A stretch of DNA of 62,892 nt, filler included, from Phoronis australis (GCA_002633005.1; 5 parts of 5 records of this genome joined end to end with filler, not necessarily neighbours in it), one strand, 5' to 3'. Positions 40,365 to 53,352 are shown, counted from the first letter of the whole stretch. Numbers and translations are program-made. Notes: generated from the sequence alone by a model not told the origin.

Positions 40365-40898
40365 ACGACACACGACTTTCTTCAAGGTGACGTCGAAAGC
40401 GAATAACATGATATGAAAGAAGACTTTCATGACATACATCCCCTGGATATTTTTCCACTTACATGTAAGAATTTCTTTGTCTAAAATATCAGGATTGTGT
40501 TGTACATGTCGTGGCTTGGTAAAATAATGATTTACCGTGGCTAAACTGAAATTGTTACAGAGCATCTTTTTAACTATGGGAACTTTACTAAATATTATAC
40601 AATTGAGAATGTCCAATTTTGCCGGAATAAAAAGGTTCATTATATTTCATTTTAGACGTCTACATAAAAATTGTATGAAAAAATGAGATCATCGCCAGCA
40701 CATAGTAATTAGACAAGTACTTTACTGTAGGCTAGTGTGTTTGGCTAAATGCTAAGAATTACACTGTAGGCAACTTGTCTTGAACATTTTCAGTTGTCAA
40801 CATGTTCGCCGTCTAATCGTGTAGAGCGCTATAAAACTTAAGTAATGACTAGATAGCACAAATTCCAACCCTTATCAACATGGTTTGTTTGTGTGTTC

Positions 40899-42680
40899 AG
40901 ATTGGTTTATTGCGCCAACACGTGTTTGGTGGTGGGTTCAGTGTCAGTTGCTCGTAATTTCAACTGTGTTGAATCATGCCATAAATAGTCACCAGCACCT
41001 GTCATGTAATCCTAACGGAATCCTCAGGATTAAACAATTCTTAACCATTCGACTTTGTCGAAATCTGGAGCCAAGCGTTAATCCGCTACTGCAATGCAAA
41101 GCACTAAACATAGAATACAGTCACGTGACACAAAAATAGATGAATTAATAGACATTTTTGTTTGGCTATATACAGAAAACTAAATATCCAAAACATAAGG
41201 ACATTTAAACATAAGCAGAAAGATTAGGTGAAAATACAACAATGAATGAAAATTTCACCATAATAAGAACGTTTAGTCACAGAGTTGCCCACATGAGCTA
41301 GGACATTAGTGCAAAGTAATGGAATGCAACACCGTGGTGTAGAAATGATAAAATGACTTACCAAAAACTAGACTTTTATAGAAATTCATAAACCAGCGGA
41401 CGCACAAGCCCACACGAAATGTCGGCTAATAACCTACTTCAGGTGAGAATATTAGAGAGCCAGGCTAGAAAAACACCGAAAGCCTAATCAGCCAGCACCA
41501 AACAGGTTTGCAACTCAAGAACACAGAGGTGCCGCATGCGCAAAACAGTGAAATCATATTTAAACTAACAAGAGGAACGAAGAGCCTTGAAAAGCTCCCA
41601 CTAAGGCATCGCTAACGGGATGCATTTTCGGGAGTTTATCTGTACGAGAGAGAATGCCATTAGACGACGAAAAAGTTGACTCTACCTAAAACAGCAACTT
41701 ATCGCTTCTTTAATGGAAAGCTGTTTACCAAGTACCACACAAATCCGTTAAACAGCTTCAGAAAAACGGAGGAAAATAGCAAAGTCGAGATTGGTTTATT
41801 GCGCCAACACGTGTTTGGTGGTGGGTTCAGTGTCAGTTGCTCGTAATTTCAACTGTGTTGCATCATGCCATAAATAGTCACCAGCACCTGTCATGTAATC
41901 CTAACGGAATCCTCAGGATTAAAAAATTCTTAACCATTCGACTTTGTCGAAATCTGGAGCCAAGCGTTAATGCGCTACTGCAATGCAAAGCACTAAACAT
42001 AGAATACAGTCACGTGACACAAAAATAGATGAATTAATAGACATTTTGTTTGGCTATATACAGAAAACTAAATATCCAAAACATAAGGACATTTAAACAT
42101 AAGCAGAAAGATTAGGTGAAAATACAACAGTGAATGAAAATTTCACCATATTAAGAACGTTTAGTCACCGAGTTGCCCACATGAGCTAGGACATTAGTGC
42201 AAAGTAATGGAATGCAACACTGTGGTGTAGAAATGATAAAATGACTTACCAATAACTAGACTTTTATAGAAATTCATAAACCAGCGGACGCTCAAGCCCA
42301 CACGAAATGTCGGCTAATAAACTACTTCAGATGAGAATATTAGAGAGCCAGGCTAGAAAAACACCAAAGCCTAATCAGCCAGCACCAAACAGGTGTGCAA
42401 CTCAAGAACACAGAGGTGCCGCATGCGCAAAGCAGTGACATCATATTAAAACTAACAAGAGGAACGAAGAGCCTTGAAAAGCTCCCACTAAGGCATCGCT
42501 AACGGGATGCATTTTGGGGAGTTTATCTGTATGACAGAAAATGCCATTAGACGACGATAAAGTTGAATCCACCTAAAACAGCAACTTATCGCTTCTTTAA
42601 TGGAAAGCTGTTTACCAAGTACCACACAAATCCGTTAAACAGCTTCAGAAACACGGAGGGAAATAGCAAAGTCGAAATTG
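40899..42680. repeat. Tandem duplication, two ~889-bp units (40899-41787 and 41788-42680)
   Basis: The units are colinear with scattered substitutions. The ORF track shows duplicated peptides at 40885 and 41837. Confidence 0.92.
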
Positions 42681-44347
42681 TGACCTAGAGGTGGAAAAAA
42701 CATTACTGCCACAAGGAGGCTTGATCGCTAAATTTTAAGAAAATCCATTGAGGACTTTGAATATAAAAAAAACAAAATTTCGATTAAGGAGCGCAATGGA
42801 AGTCTGATCTGTCCGAAAGTGATCGAAGTCCGTTGTCAACTTCATATAAATATATTTGCTCAAATTTAATAAATAGCCTGTATAGTATTTGGGAGATACT
42901 AGGCCATAGACCCAATTCACGCGGCGGACATTAAAATCCAAAGTGAGGCTCACTGCGATAAACAAAGCGGAAGTTGACATTGCTTGAGTTACATGTAAAT
43001 GGCCGGTCTTTCGAGTCCAACCTAGATATTAAATCTTAAAAATGTGTCGATAATTAACCACAGGGACGTAGAAAAATACATTACAGAACAAGTCAAAGCA
43101 CCAAAGAAATGTCTCATGAAAGGGTATAAGTCTTTTTCGGAAAACTAGGTTAGAAAAATGAAAAGTAAATATGACCAAATTGCGGCGATCGATATGTTAT
43201 GGATTAGGTATTAGGCTGAATGTAGGATTACTTTTCCTCTTGCAAATTGTTGATAAAAATGCTTTCAACACGACCCAGGTTATGTGCTTGTATTGTTGAC
43301 GAGTTGAAAATATATTCGACAGTGGTGGCTCATCGCATTTTGCTGACATGTGCAATTAGTCACATCTGGCATAATTTGTTGATCAAGAATATTAACAACA
43401 GGCATAGCCTAGGTCCTGGTGAGGTAGGGACTACCGGGATTAACAGTAGATTTTTCATTGATCTGAATGAATCACTGATGTTATTAAATATATTTTTCTC
43501 AAAAATAAAAAACAGGCTCGTAATTGAATATTAAAATTATTTGATCATTTAAGTTTTAATTTTTGAAAAAAAATAACCAGCACAGCCCCGCTTTGGCATT
43601 ATGTCCAGGTACTCATTCACTCTCTTGCATACATTCACAAGAACATGTAATTATTTGGCCATCAATTCTGTATTCGTGGTTTTAATAATTCTTACGTCTA
43701 TTTTATGTGTTAGGTTTCAAATATCAATCTGGACCAAGTTGTATATAAAATTAAAACACCTGATTGGTTGGCCCAAAGCATAACCTCGTTATAGAGCTCA
43801 GTTAAATGGAAAGAGCAAGCATAGTTAACATGTTTCTTCAGGGGCTTTGGTTATCCAAGAGAAAAGGTGCCTGTGCCTTCTGACAGAGGGACAATTTTTT
43901 AGCAGAGCTAAGTGAGTTGAAAAATCAATATACCGATCATCTTCAATAGCACCCCTCGGCAGCCTGTTGCAAGCTCTCATAGGCTCTCTCTCAAGTAGCA
44001 TTTTGTGCTCGTTCAAATTGTCACTTGTGTGGTTACAGGTGATTTGAACTTCGGGGACAGCTTTTCTATCGCTAAGGGAATTTTTAGGCCTCGTGGCCGG
44101 GCCGGGGCATTTTGGGGAATTTTTCATTTTTGATAGGGAAATAAGGCTGATATTCGGCCCCAGAACCGAGTGATTGAGGGCCCTGTCCGATTTGGAAAGA
44201 AAAATGCATCATGTTTCAACCCGTAGTCAAGAAAACACAGCCTGGCTGGCCGAAGATTCCCCGGTCATTGCTATGATGCTCGGCAACCGAGATGCGACAA
44301 AATATGGTTTTACTTTTAGAAAACATTTAAATTTTACACGGATATGT

Positions 44348-45074
44348 TGTCAGAATATAGACTGACAAAGTTTTTAGTTGTATTTTTTTGTTTTGTTATT
44401 CTGTTTGATTGGCATGACCCCTGAGTTAAGCACAGTGATGATGTAATTTGGTTACTGCAGAATAGTATGGAACTTCCTAGAGGACTGAGGTTAGTACAAT
44501 GATGATGTCATTTGTTTACTACAATATAGTGAGGAACTTTCTAGAAGACTCCAGCATAACAGTGATTGATGTAGTCTGGAATATTCTAGAGACTACTATA
44601 TGTTTGTAGGATGATTGGGTAGATTCCGGAATGTTCTAGAATGTGCTTGAATTGATGTAAAGTTCCAGAACAATGCACTAGGCTATAAATACACAAGCAC
44701 CGCTTTGTGTTAGTCAGATCAAGTAAATTCAAGAAAGTTAATGAGGAAAACTACAGTTGAGTTGCAGTGAAGAGAATCAGCAGGTACAGCGATAGTTAAT
44801 AGAAAGCCAGCTATAGAGACAGCAGGTTGTTGAATTGACGAGTGTAACGGTTGCTGAACGCTCAGAAGTTCATCATAAGTCAAGGCTTCGCAGAACTGGC
44901 TGGAGTCTAAACAGACATTACGTCGGACGTTTTGTTTGAGTAGGTTTGTGAACGTACGGTCGGGATTAATAAAGGATTAACTCGAACCAGTCTTCAGTCA
45001 ATCGTCGCACCGAAAGCTATTAGCACCGGTATGTAACAACCTGCGCCTACCCACACACGCAGAAAAACGTTACA
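44348..45074 (+). repeat. 5' LTR
   Basis: tgtcagaata...cgttaca; colinear with 46424-47142; TATAAATA at 44684. Confidence 0.9.
44439..44691 (+). promoter_or_regulatory. LTR U3 promoter: heat-shock element cluster, TGATGTAA motifs and TATA box
   Basis: GAACTTTCTAGAA (44534-44546), GAATATTCTAGA (44579), TTCCGGAATGTTCTAGAA (44624-44641), TTCCAGAA (44663); TGATGTAAT (44439), TGATGTAAA (44653); TATAAATA (44684). Motif evidence only. Confidence 0.6.
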
Positions 45075-45289
45075 CTTGTCGAGCACGCCAGGAGCTTACT
45101 GACGGCAACAAGGTGTGATAAAGTGGACTATTGGAATTAGCAACTCACTATCGAGAAAAGATCTCAACTAAGGGAGTTAATGGCCCTCAGACAAGAAATG
45201 GGTCTGCAGGGGAAGCAACTCCAAAAGTCAGCATCTGTCAGCCACCGAGGTTCTCAGAGTAAGGAAGCATGTTAACCCTGAATGCGCCT

Positions 45290-45562
45290 TAAAAGGAAAG
45301 CTGCGTCTGAAGGAGGGGTATGTTGGCATGAAGAAGGTCTCAGTGTTGAGACACACAGGCTGCACAACCATTGTGGTTCGATTCAGTCTAGTCGCACCAG
45401 GAGATGTGACCTGCCGGAAGTGGTCATGCGAGTTGGCGGACTCTACAAAGAGATGGCTGCCTGTCGCAAAGATCAACATCAAGACACTGTACTGCACATG
45501 AGAAGTGTTTGCAATGTGTATGGAGAGTCCAGTGGGCGATTTGATTATCGGGGACGTGCATT
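45290..45562 (+). pseudogene. Retroviral-type aspartic protease relic
   Basis: One frame reads ...GYVGMKKVSVLRHTGCTTIVVR...LADSTKRWLPVAKINIKT...*...DLIIGD. This is the LRDTGC motif with the catalytic D changed to H, plus an in-frame stop. Confidence 0.8.
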
Positions 45563-45764
45563 GAACCTGGCGCCTTGGACCCAAGCGATGTTGAGTGACA
45601 GCAAAAATTGCCAACGAGGACAGTACAAGCAATAGCCTAGTGGAGGGTCCGAAAGATGACTCTCAGAAGGGTACTGCTTCCCAAGAGGAAAACCCAGTGA
45701 CCTCAACTCCAGCTAGAAGAGGTGGCCGACATGTCGGTAGGAGCAGATCCTGATGAATCCAGCA

Positions 45765-46335
45765 AGCAAGCGGTAGCAGTGACTACCAGGGATCAGGCAG
45801 AGCGACAAAAATCAGACATTAAACCGTTAGCTGTGTCCCCGACGATACAAGAGGTGGGACTAAAGCAGTTCAAGGAATCCCAGCATGAAGATTCATCAAT
45901 GAAGAAGTTATGGGAGCAAGCTGAAGCCAAATTTCAGTGACAGACCAAAGGCAAGGGGTCGTACATGATGGAGGTTCAACGAGGAATACTCTATCGGATG
46001 TTCAAAAAGAAAGACGGTGACGAGGTGAAACTTGTTGTCGTCCCGAGTAGTTTACGGAAGACCGTGACGAGGCTCGCTCATGAGTCTATACTCGGTGGAC
46101 ACCTCGGTGTTAGGAAGACAACTGACCGTATCACCAACAATTTCTATTGGCCAGGAGTGGCATCAGAAGTGACCCGATTCTGAAGATCATGCGACATCTG
46201 CCACAACACAACCCTAAAGGTCGTGTGACCAAGATACCCCTGGGAGAGATGCCTTTGATGGAGGAGCCTTTCAAAAGGATCGCGATTGATCTGATTGGCC
46301 CTGTAGCTACAGTTTCCAACAAGGAAACAGATACT
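45765..46335 (+). pseudogene. Integrase relic (H2C2 zinc-binding domain and start of the rve core)
   Basis: AVTTRDQA...GILYR...LVVVPSSLRKTVTRLAHESILGGHLGVRKTTDRITNNFYWPGVASEVTRF*RSCDIC, then a frameshift to PLGEMPLMEEPFKRIAIDLIGP. Truncated after this. Confidence 0.9.
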
Positions 46336-46423
46336 TAGAGACTGCTAATGAGGCATGTTATGTATGCCAGAAAATTATGTGTTAGAACATTACAGAGTAA
46401 TTTTCTCTTTGACAGGGGTGTAT

Positions 46424-47142
46424 TGTCAGAATATTGACTGATAATGTTTTAAGTTGTACAGGTATTGCTTTGTTTGGCATTACCCCTGAGTTAAGCACAG
46501 TGATGATGTAATTTGTTTGCTGCAGAATAGTATGGAACTTTCTAGAGGACTGAGGTCAGTACAATGATGATGTCATTTGTTTACTACAGTATAGTGAGGA
46601 ACTTTCTAGAAGACTCTAGCATGACAGTGATTGATGTAGTCTGGAATATTCTAGAGACTAGTATATGTTTGTAGAATGATTAGGTAGATTCAGGAAAGTT
46701 CTAGATTGTGCTCGAATTGATGTAAAGTTCCAGAACAATGCATTAGGCTATAAATACACAAGCACGGGTTTGTGTTAGTCAGATCAAGTAAGTACAAGAA
46801 AGTTAATCAGGAAAACTACAATTGAGTTGCGGTGAAGAGAATCAGCAGTTACAGCGATAGTCATTAGAGAGCCAGCTAAGGAGACAGCAGGTTAATGTAT
46901 CGACTAGTATAACAGTTGCTGAACGTGTCTCAGAAGTTCATAACAAGTCAAAGCTTTGCAGCATTGGCTGAATTATAAACAAACATTGCGTCGGACGTTT
47001 TGTTTGCATAGGCTTGTGAACGTACTGTCGGGACTTATAAAGGATTAACTCGAACCAGCCTTCAGTCAATCGTTGCACTGAAAGCTATTAGCACCGGTCT
47101 GTAACAACCTGCGCCCACCCAAACACGGGGAAAAACGTGACA
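46424..47142 (+). repeat. 3' LTR
   Basis: tgtcagaata...cgtgaca; diverged copy of the 5' LTR. Confidence 0.9.
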
Positions 47143-50100
47143 CATGTTTTCCTTAGTTGCGGTGTATTGCAACGACCCAACGCTTTCAAATATCAACGTC
47201 CTTAAGGATTCTAAAACATACAGTTGAGTGCCCGTATTTTTCTAGCCCGTCCGACCAACGCAGAATACAACCCTGAGTCAGCGAATATGCCAACAGAGCT
47301 ATCGTAGCGAGCCTCGTTTTGGAACGCGCCTCCTGTCGGCGTGAATTGGGTCTATGGTACGTAGCTCCAGGCGCTTCATCCTGTGACCATGTCAGGGTGA
47401 AAGCGATTTTTTCTTTACGGCTAGATATACCATCACGCAACTGATACCTGAACAGTTCCCACGTAGGTTTTAAGTTGCACATTTGCTGTAGAAAAACAAA
47501 TTTCATGAGTTCAAGTGTTACATTATTGAACAAGAGGTGGCGCTAAATCCAACACAAGTCTAATACATGGTGGCTTCTTAAACCAATCACAAGTTCAGAA
47601 GTTGAGTAACTGCAGTCTATTCTAAGAAAGCGGCTTCCTTTGGAGGTGCTTTCAATGAAAGCTGCGTAGACTTTGAAGAACTAAGTTCATCGGATCTGTT
47701 GCGTTTCTCGCAACCGACGTGGGCATAAAGCATTAGCTGTGTGAAAGAATGGCTGTACGTTGGAGATGAGGACAGTAATGGGCACAATTTGTGTCAGCAG
47801 TATGCATTTGCGTCAAGTAACTTTACCGATTGGTGTAGGCAGCACGTAGCCCCTTGGTTGACCGGTTAGGGCAACAATACTTCCCATCGCTTTATGTACG
47901 AATTAAGTCCCGTGTAATTTATACGGGCGGTAGACCAAATCCGACCACTGGTTAGGAGTTTTCATCTCGTCAAAAATACATTCCACACTTAAATATATCA
48001 CTTAAAACCGCTTACTTTCTACTTCTATACATATCTTAGATAAAGTTTAGTTACATGGATTAAAATGACTTTGGCGAAGAATTCCAACTACACTTTTTTG
48101 GTCACCGTTAACTTTTTCACCACGTGCACGATAACAAAAAATGAGTAAAGTGAGTTAGGCAAAGCCTAGCGTGAGACTGAATGAAGCGCGTGACACTGGA
48201 GCATGACACTTGCAAAATAGCATGGGAAGGTATCAGGTGGAATTTGTAAGGTTTGTGTTCCTTTGACTTTTTATTCGTCAACAAGCGTGATTTCATGCAA
48301 CTTCTAGAAAATGGCAACCAGTAAGAAAAACTCGAGCAAACCTTGACAGTTTCATGGATATGTTCAAGTTATGCTGACAAAATTGTAGCCAGAGTCATGG
48401 TATGTGTTAATTATAAATCTATGCTCCTATATGTATGGTTCATTTGATTTCATTTGCTGTGTCATGAAATGCATATCTGTTTTTGGGGATGCACTACTGC
48501 ACCTGCATTCCTGCGGCATCCAGGGCAATGTCATTGCCTAGTAATGTAATTGCCTCAATGGTAAACAGGTCACTTAAGTATCAGTCCACGGATCCACCGA
48601 CCACTGTACAGCCAACATGCGGCAAGGTGGGGGGTCAACCATTCAGATCCATGTTTAGTCTGATAAATTACATTAGGGATGAGAGAAAGTGGGTGAAGTA
48701 TGACACCACAGAGTTTGGTGGTTTAGGAGATACAAGAGGAGTGTTCTGGGGGGGGGGGCAAAATGAGGCAATTTCTTGGTGTGGAATGAGTCATTTTTGA
48801 CCAAATTGTCTACTCCAGTTTCTGCTTCAAACATAATCGTTTCTGAACAATTTTGATATCACATGATTGGTTCATGACCAATGTCAGTAAAAACGGCACC
48901 GACACTGCAATATCGGTTACCATGGTAACACTGGAACTGTTTCCGTGGAGGTACATTTCCGTCTTGTGAAAAACCAGCAGTAAGCTGTACCCTTATAGCG
49001 AAGCTGCCCCCGCGAGAAAACTAAAAATAGTAACTTGGACATGTAGAAGACTCCATGCCCTTGAAATTAATACAATAAAAACTTTTTCAGCCCTTCAGGC
49101 AGGCTTGGTAATAGGTGTCTGAATTTCACTATTTTCAGACCCCGTATGTGTATTTGTCATGTTAAACCAGTCACTAGTTGTGCGCCGTTTCTACGCATTA
49201 ATATGCCGTGGTATAATACAACAATTAAAACAATTGGTTCGCTTAAATGTTTTTAATTAATTTTAAGGACACTAGCATTTCCCAATAAAATATGAAATTA
49301 TACTAAATTTGTTCATCCAATTCGTCTGAATACCAAACTAAAGCTTACAATGCGTTAGTTGAATGATGGCTGACCTAAAGTGCGAGTTTGCGAATTTATC
49401 TATTTATCTGGCACTGCCAGTTGCATCGAATGTGGTATTTCTACAAATTGCGGAGAGAAACAACTTTGGAAACTCTAGGGAAATGCACAAGGTATAGAGC
49501 GAGACATTTGAGCACCTTATAAGAGTACGTGGAGCTGATGTGGAGGTGGGACGTGTCCTCCTGAGTAGTCTGTCTCAGTGTCTGCCTCGGAGTCGGAGGC
49601 ACTGTGTGCAGCAGGAGCTACATAATCTACCGTTTTAGGTTCACTTGCCCGAATCATCGTTACAACACTCGAGATATATTGGCGTCGCCAAATACACTTA
49701 GAACATCCACTGCACACTAGAGGAGAAATTTGATAGAGGTCTGAAAAATGACTATGAAGACGTTTAAAGTCAAGGTTCAACGTCCTGCTTCGTGTGAGCT
49801 CAGGTAGGAATCACTAAACTCCAGGGTCTGACCCTGAAGAATATTTTTAGAAGCACGTCATTCATGCAAAAATACTTTTATTGACACATCGTGATTGCTT
49901 ATAACTTATCTTATTCAAATGTGTTGATGTTTATTCAACTACATGTATACATTGGCATAGAAAAAAGGTAGTCATCATAACTTTTCATAACAACCACCAA
50001 ATGTGTAATATGACTTCTGCCCATGAACTACTTTTAGAAACTAAGGAGTATGTTTTGTCTATCAATGATTTTCTGCGATTATGAAATTAATTTAACATGC

Positions 50101-51740
50101 TAAAGCCGTCAAAAATATTGGTGCCTTCACTTTAGCTTGGTATTCATATTTTGTGAGCCGAAATGGCCACATTAAATTTAATATGTTTAATTTTTCATTA
50201 ATACAATTTTAGAAATCAGGAAAGGCTTATGCTGAAGAAGTGGCTTCTGCTGAAGTTGGAGACTTGCCGATTATTAGTAAAGGTTGGGTATGGAAAAGTT
50301 CACAACCAGCAAGAAGGTACCCTTCTGGACAACTATGTGAGGGGGCTAGAGAGAGGCCGAAGAGTCTACTCCCAGAAGATATGTCAAAGAGAATTTGAAG
50401 CTTGAGGAACGAGTTGGGGAAAAAGTATTTGCCAAAGGTTACTGGCTTATACCACAACAGGTCCAAAGTAATTTGTTGAGATAGGTCACTTTCAGCAAAT
50501 GTGGGGAAACTGGGACAGAGGAAGTGGAGTATGCACGGATAGAGGCAATCTGCGATTGTCAAGGATGTAGCATTGTAAAAATTCAAAGGGAGGAAACAGT
50601 ACAGTGGCTGTACCTGTAAATAGTCGGGCTGATCTGCTAAATCCAGTGGTGGCATTGTTGTGTCAGCAAAGCTGTGTAGGGAAGTAGGCTTGTGTGTTGT
50701 CGCAAGCTTTGTTTGCACCAGAACTGCTTGTGTGAACAGCACAAATCTAAATTTAACCTGGACTGAATTTTTGTCCAGGCACTGATCATGATCCTGGACC
50801 ACATGGTAATGGTACTTTGTTCATTCTGTGGTTTAGCCACTGGATTTTTCGGTCTGACAGGATTTCTCAGTGTCGCCATCACATTTAGATGAATTCGGAC
50901 CACTGTACTATTCCTTTTCCTTGAACATGCGTAATTTATCTGAATTTATGTTTCCGCATTTTATTTACCATTATAGATTTTGTTTTTAAATGGGTATATA
51001 TTACTGAAATTTGAGACCCTGTTGCAGTTAGGCTGGTTTTGTTAACTTATCTTTCTGCCTGGGTTGTAAACCTATATTCTGTCCAGGAGGTAATAAGTTT
51101 TGATTTAGACCATTTACCTCTATAAACTTTGCTCAGTTTGTTCCTTATCCAGATGGGAATAGTCGGTGGGCCAGATCTTGTAGCGTTCATCCTTGTGAGT
51201 ACTTTGGGGGGGCAACCTAGTTTTTTCTATGTGGCTAGATAATATACCTATAAATCAAATTCCAAAAAGTTCCCACGTCTATACTTGCACATTTTTTTAA
51301 AAAAAGGTGTTTTTGTTGCACAAAATATGATGCACATTCCTGCCACTTGATGGCACTTTTCTATTGAGTTGACCAATCAGAGAGCCAGATTGTATTGTTG
51401 TGCTTAGTTACTTCAATATGGCTGCTCCCATGGAGTGTGATGCCTGTATAATTCAAGGCTTATCAAACAGCACAAAATTGTGATGTCAGAAGGAAAGCTT
51501 CCTGACGAAATCTGATTGACTGTGGAACTCTGTAGATCAGTAGATCAAAAAGCAGAAGAGATGTCACAAACGTTTGTGCAGAAAACAGCTGCATGTCCTG
51601 GTAGCCCACACAGTATACTGCTGAGTGCTGTAGACTAGAANNNNNNNNNNNNNNNNNNNNNNNNNNNNNNNNNNNNNNNNNNNNTTAATTAATTAANNNN
51701 NNNNNNNNNNNNNNNNNNNNNNNNNNNNNNNNNNNNNNNN

Positions 51741-51868
51741 TTGAGGGCCATACACTTGAGGGCCATACACTTGAGGGCCATACACTTGAGGGCCATACAC
51801 TTGAGGGCCATACCTTTGAGGGCCATACCTTTGAGGGTCATGCACTTGCGGGTCATACATTTGCGGGT
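51741..51868. repeat. 15-bp minisatellite (TTGAGGGCCATACAC)n running into a gap
   Basis: Directly visible; degenerates towards the right edge. Confidence 0.95.
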
Positions 51869-52879
51869 CTTTTTCTGTGAAATATTAAGTCTACCTTTCG
51901 GTTTCTGATTTTCAGTGGTGAATGTTGTGAAGTCGTTTTGGTCAATTTTTTTTTTACTTTTAAGGTGGTTTGAACTTTTAACATGAAATTGAAGCTGCTT
52001 TGGTCCATGCTTTGATGTCAAAGAAATTTTGTGAGTGAGTGTTTGAGCTTCTGTAAGTGGCCCAACCTGGCAAAATTGTTGACAGAAGGCATGAATTTAT
52101 TGCCCAACTAAGCTTTTCCTCAAAGTAGAGGTTTGACTTGTCAGTAATTTGTATAACCCCCGATGTGACACACTGTTTGCAGTGATGATATGCAATTTTG
52201 CTGAGAACAACACACACATCCTAAAAAGGTTCAAAATAGATTCCAGAGTATATCTATTGACCAAATGGACCAAAATATCTTCAAGATAATTTTAATTCCC
52301 TGGTGTTTGGCTTTCAACAGGTGTAAATTTTAGGTGTTGGAAATCCTAATTCATTAGTCAGGAGGTGAAGTCCTTGATGCAAAAAAATGTGTAGTTTCAA
52401 ACTTCTGGAAAAAATAAGTGAGTTTCCTCAAGATTTTAATTATTTTTTCTAGCACTTATTGAAATATATTTTGCATGTGGCTAAATGTCAGTAGAATAAT
52501 TCCTCATTACTGGTTTTCATTAAAAAAAAATTCAGTCACGAGTATTGACAAACTGTTAACTCCTGGCGAGGTTTGAATCCGTGACCTAAGGGGTCATAAT
52601 ATCTCATTGGACTAATGGTAAGAGTGCTGCTCTGAGAATTGAAAGGTCTCAGATTCAAACCATGCTGTGCACATGGAAAATACAATGGAAGTACCTGCCA
52701 TGGGTGTACACAATTATGCTCATTGGTCTTAGAACAGCTGAAATTACGGATGGAAACATTATACAATGTAATAAGAGTAGAAGCTGGTATAAATACACCA
52801 AAAGAGAGGATTAAGCATTGCAGATACAAGGTTCAAAGTTACAATAAATGTTTTGTTTTAACATGTTGAAACATCATTT

Positions 52880-53352
52880 TGCCATACTGATCTCTTAGCG
52901 AAATTCATATGGTTCTGTATGAGTTGTCCTTCATTAAAATACTTTTGAGTTGACCTTGAAGATGCATTTCTATTGCTTGTTTAGCTGGTTAAAAAACGAC
53001 AATCAAATTCAACCATCATGCTTGGATTCGATATTCTTTACCAACAAGAACTTTGGAAGCAGATGCTGGTCAAGTAAACACTTCAAAGATTATTGGGGGT
53101 CATGAACTGCTCCTAAAAATGGCGTGAATTCAAAAATGGTACATGAACTGGCAGTTTTTTCACGTTTGCCTTTCGTAATCCTTGTCAGACTGATTTTTAT
53201 GAGAGACGATGACACTTTCCCATTTTTGGGCCCCTTTTACGAATTCTGCTCCATATAATGGCCATGTTTATGATGGTAATTAAGTCCCCGTAAATGCACA
53301 CCATTTATGTTGTGGTCATGAGTGTATTTCATTGCACCGCGTTGCTCTTGTT
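52880..53352 (+). mobile_element. Degraded HINE-like 3' fragment upstream of the SCYL2 ATG
   Basis: Ends gtgtatttcattgcaccgcgttgctcttgtt, like the family 1 3' end. 5' boundary uncertain. Confidence 0.4.

Larger units (their letters stand above)
44348..47142 (+). mobile_element. Internally deleted Gmr1-like Ty3/Gypsy LTR retrotransposon
   Basis: Two ~720-bp direct repeats with TGT...ACA ends. PBS-like ttgtcgagcacgccaggag follows the 5' LTR and a purine tract gacagggg precedes the 3' LTR. Flanks tatgt/catgt are a probable 5-bp TSD with 1 mismatch. Internal protease and integrase relics are present. Confidence 0.9.

Noticed and set aside
49517-49780. 87-aa minus-strand ORF with an acidic/proline-rich tail
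   Set aside because: No recognisable homology or convincing splice structure.
50227-50802. 191-aa minus-strand ORF as a gene
   Set aside because: No recognisable domain; more likely the antisense shadow of a decayed plus-strand transposon gene.
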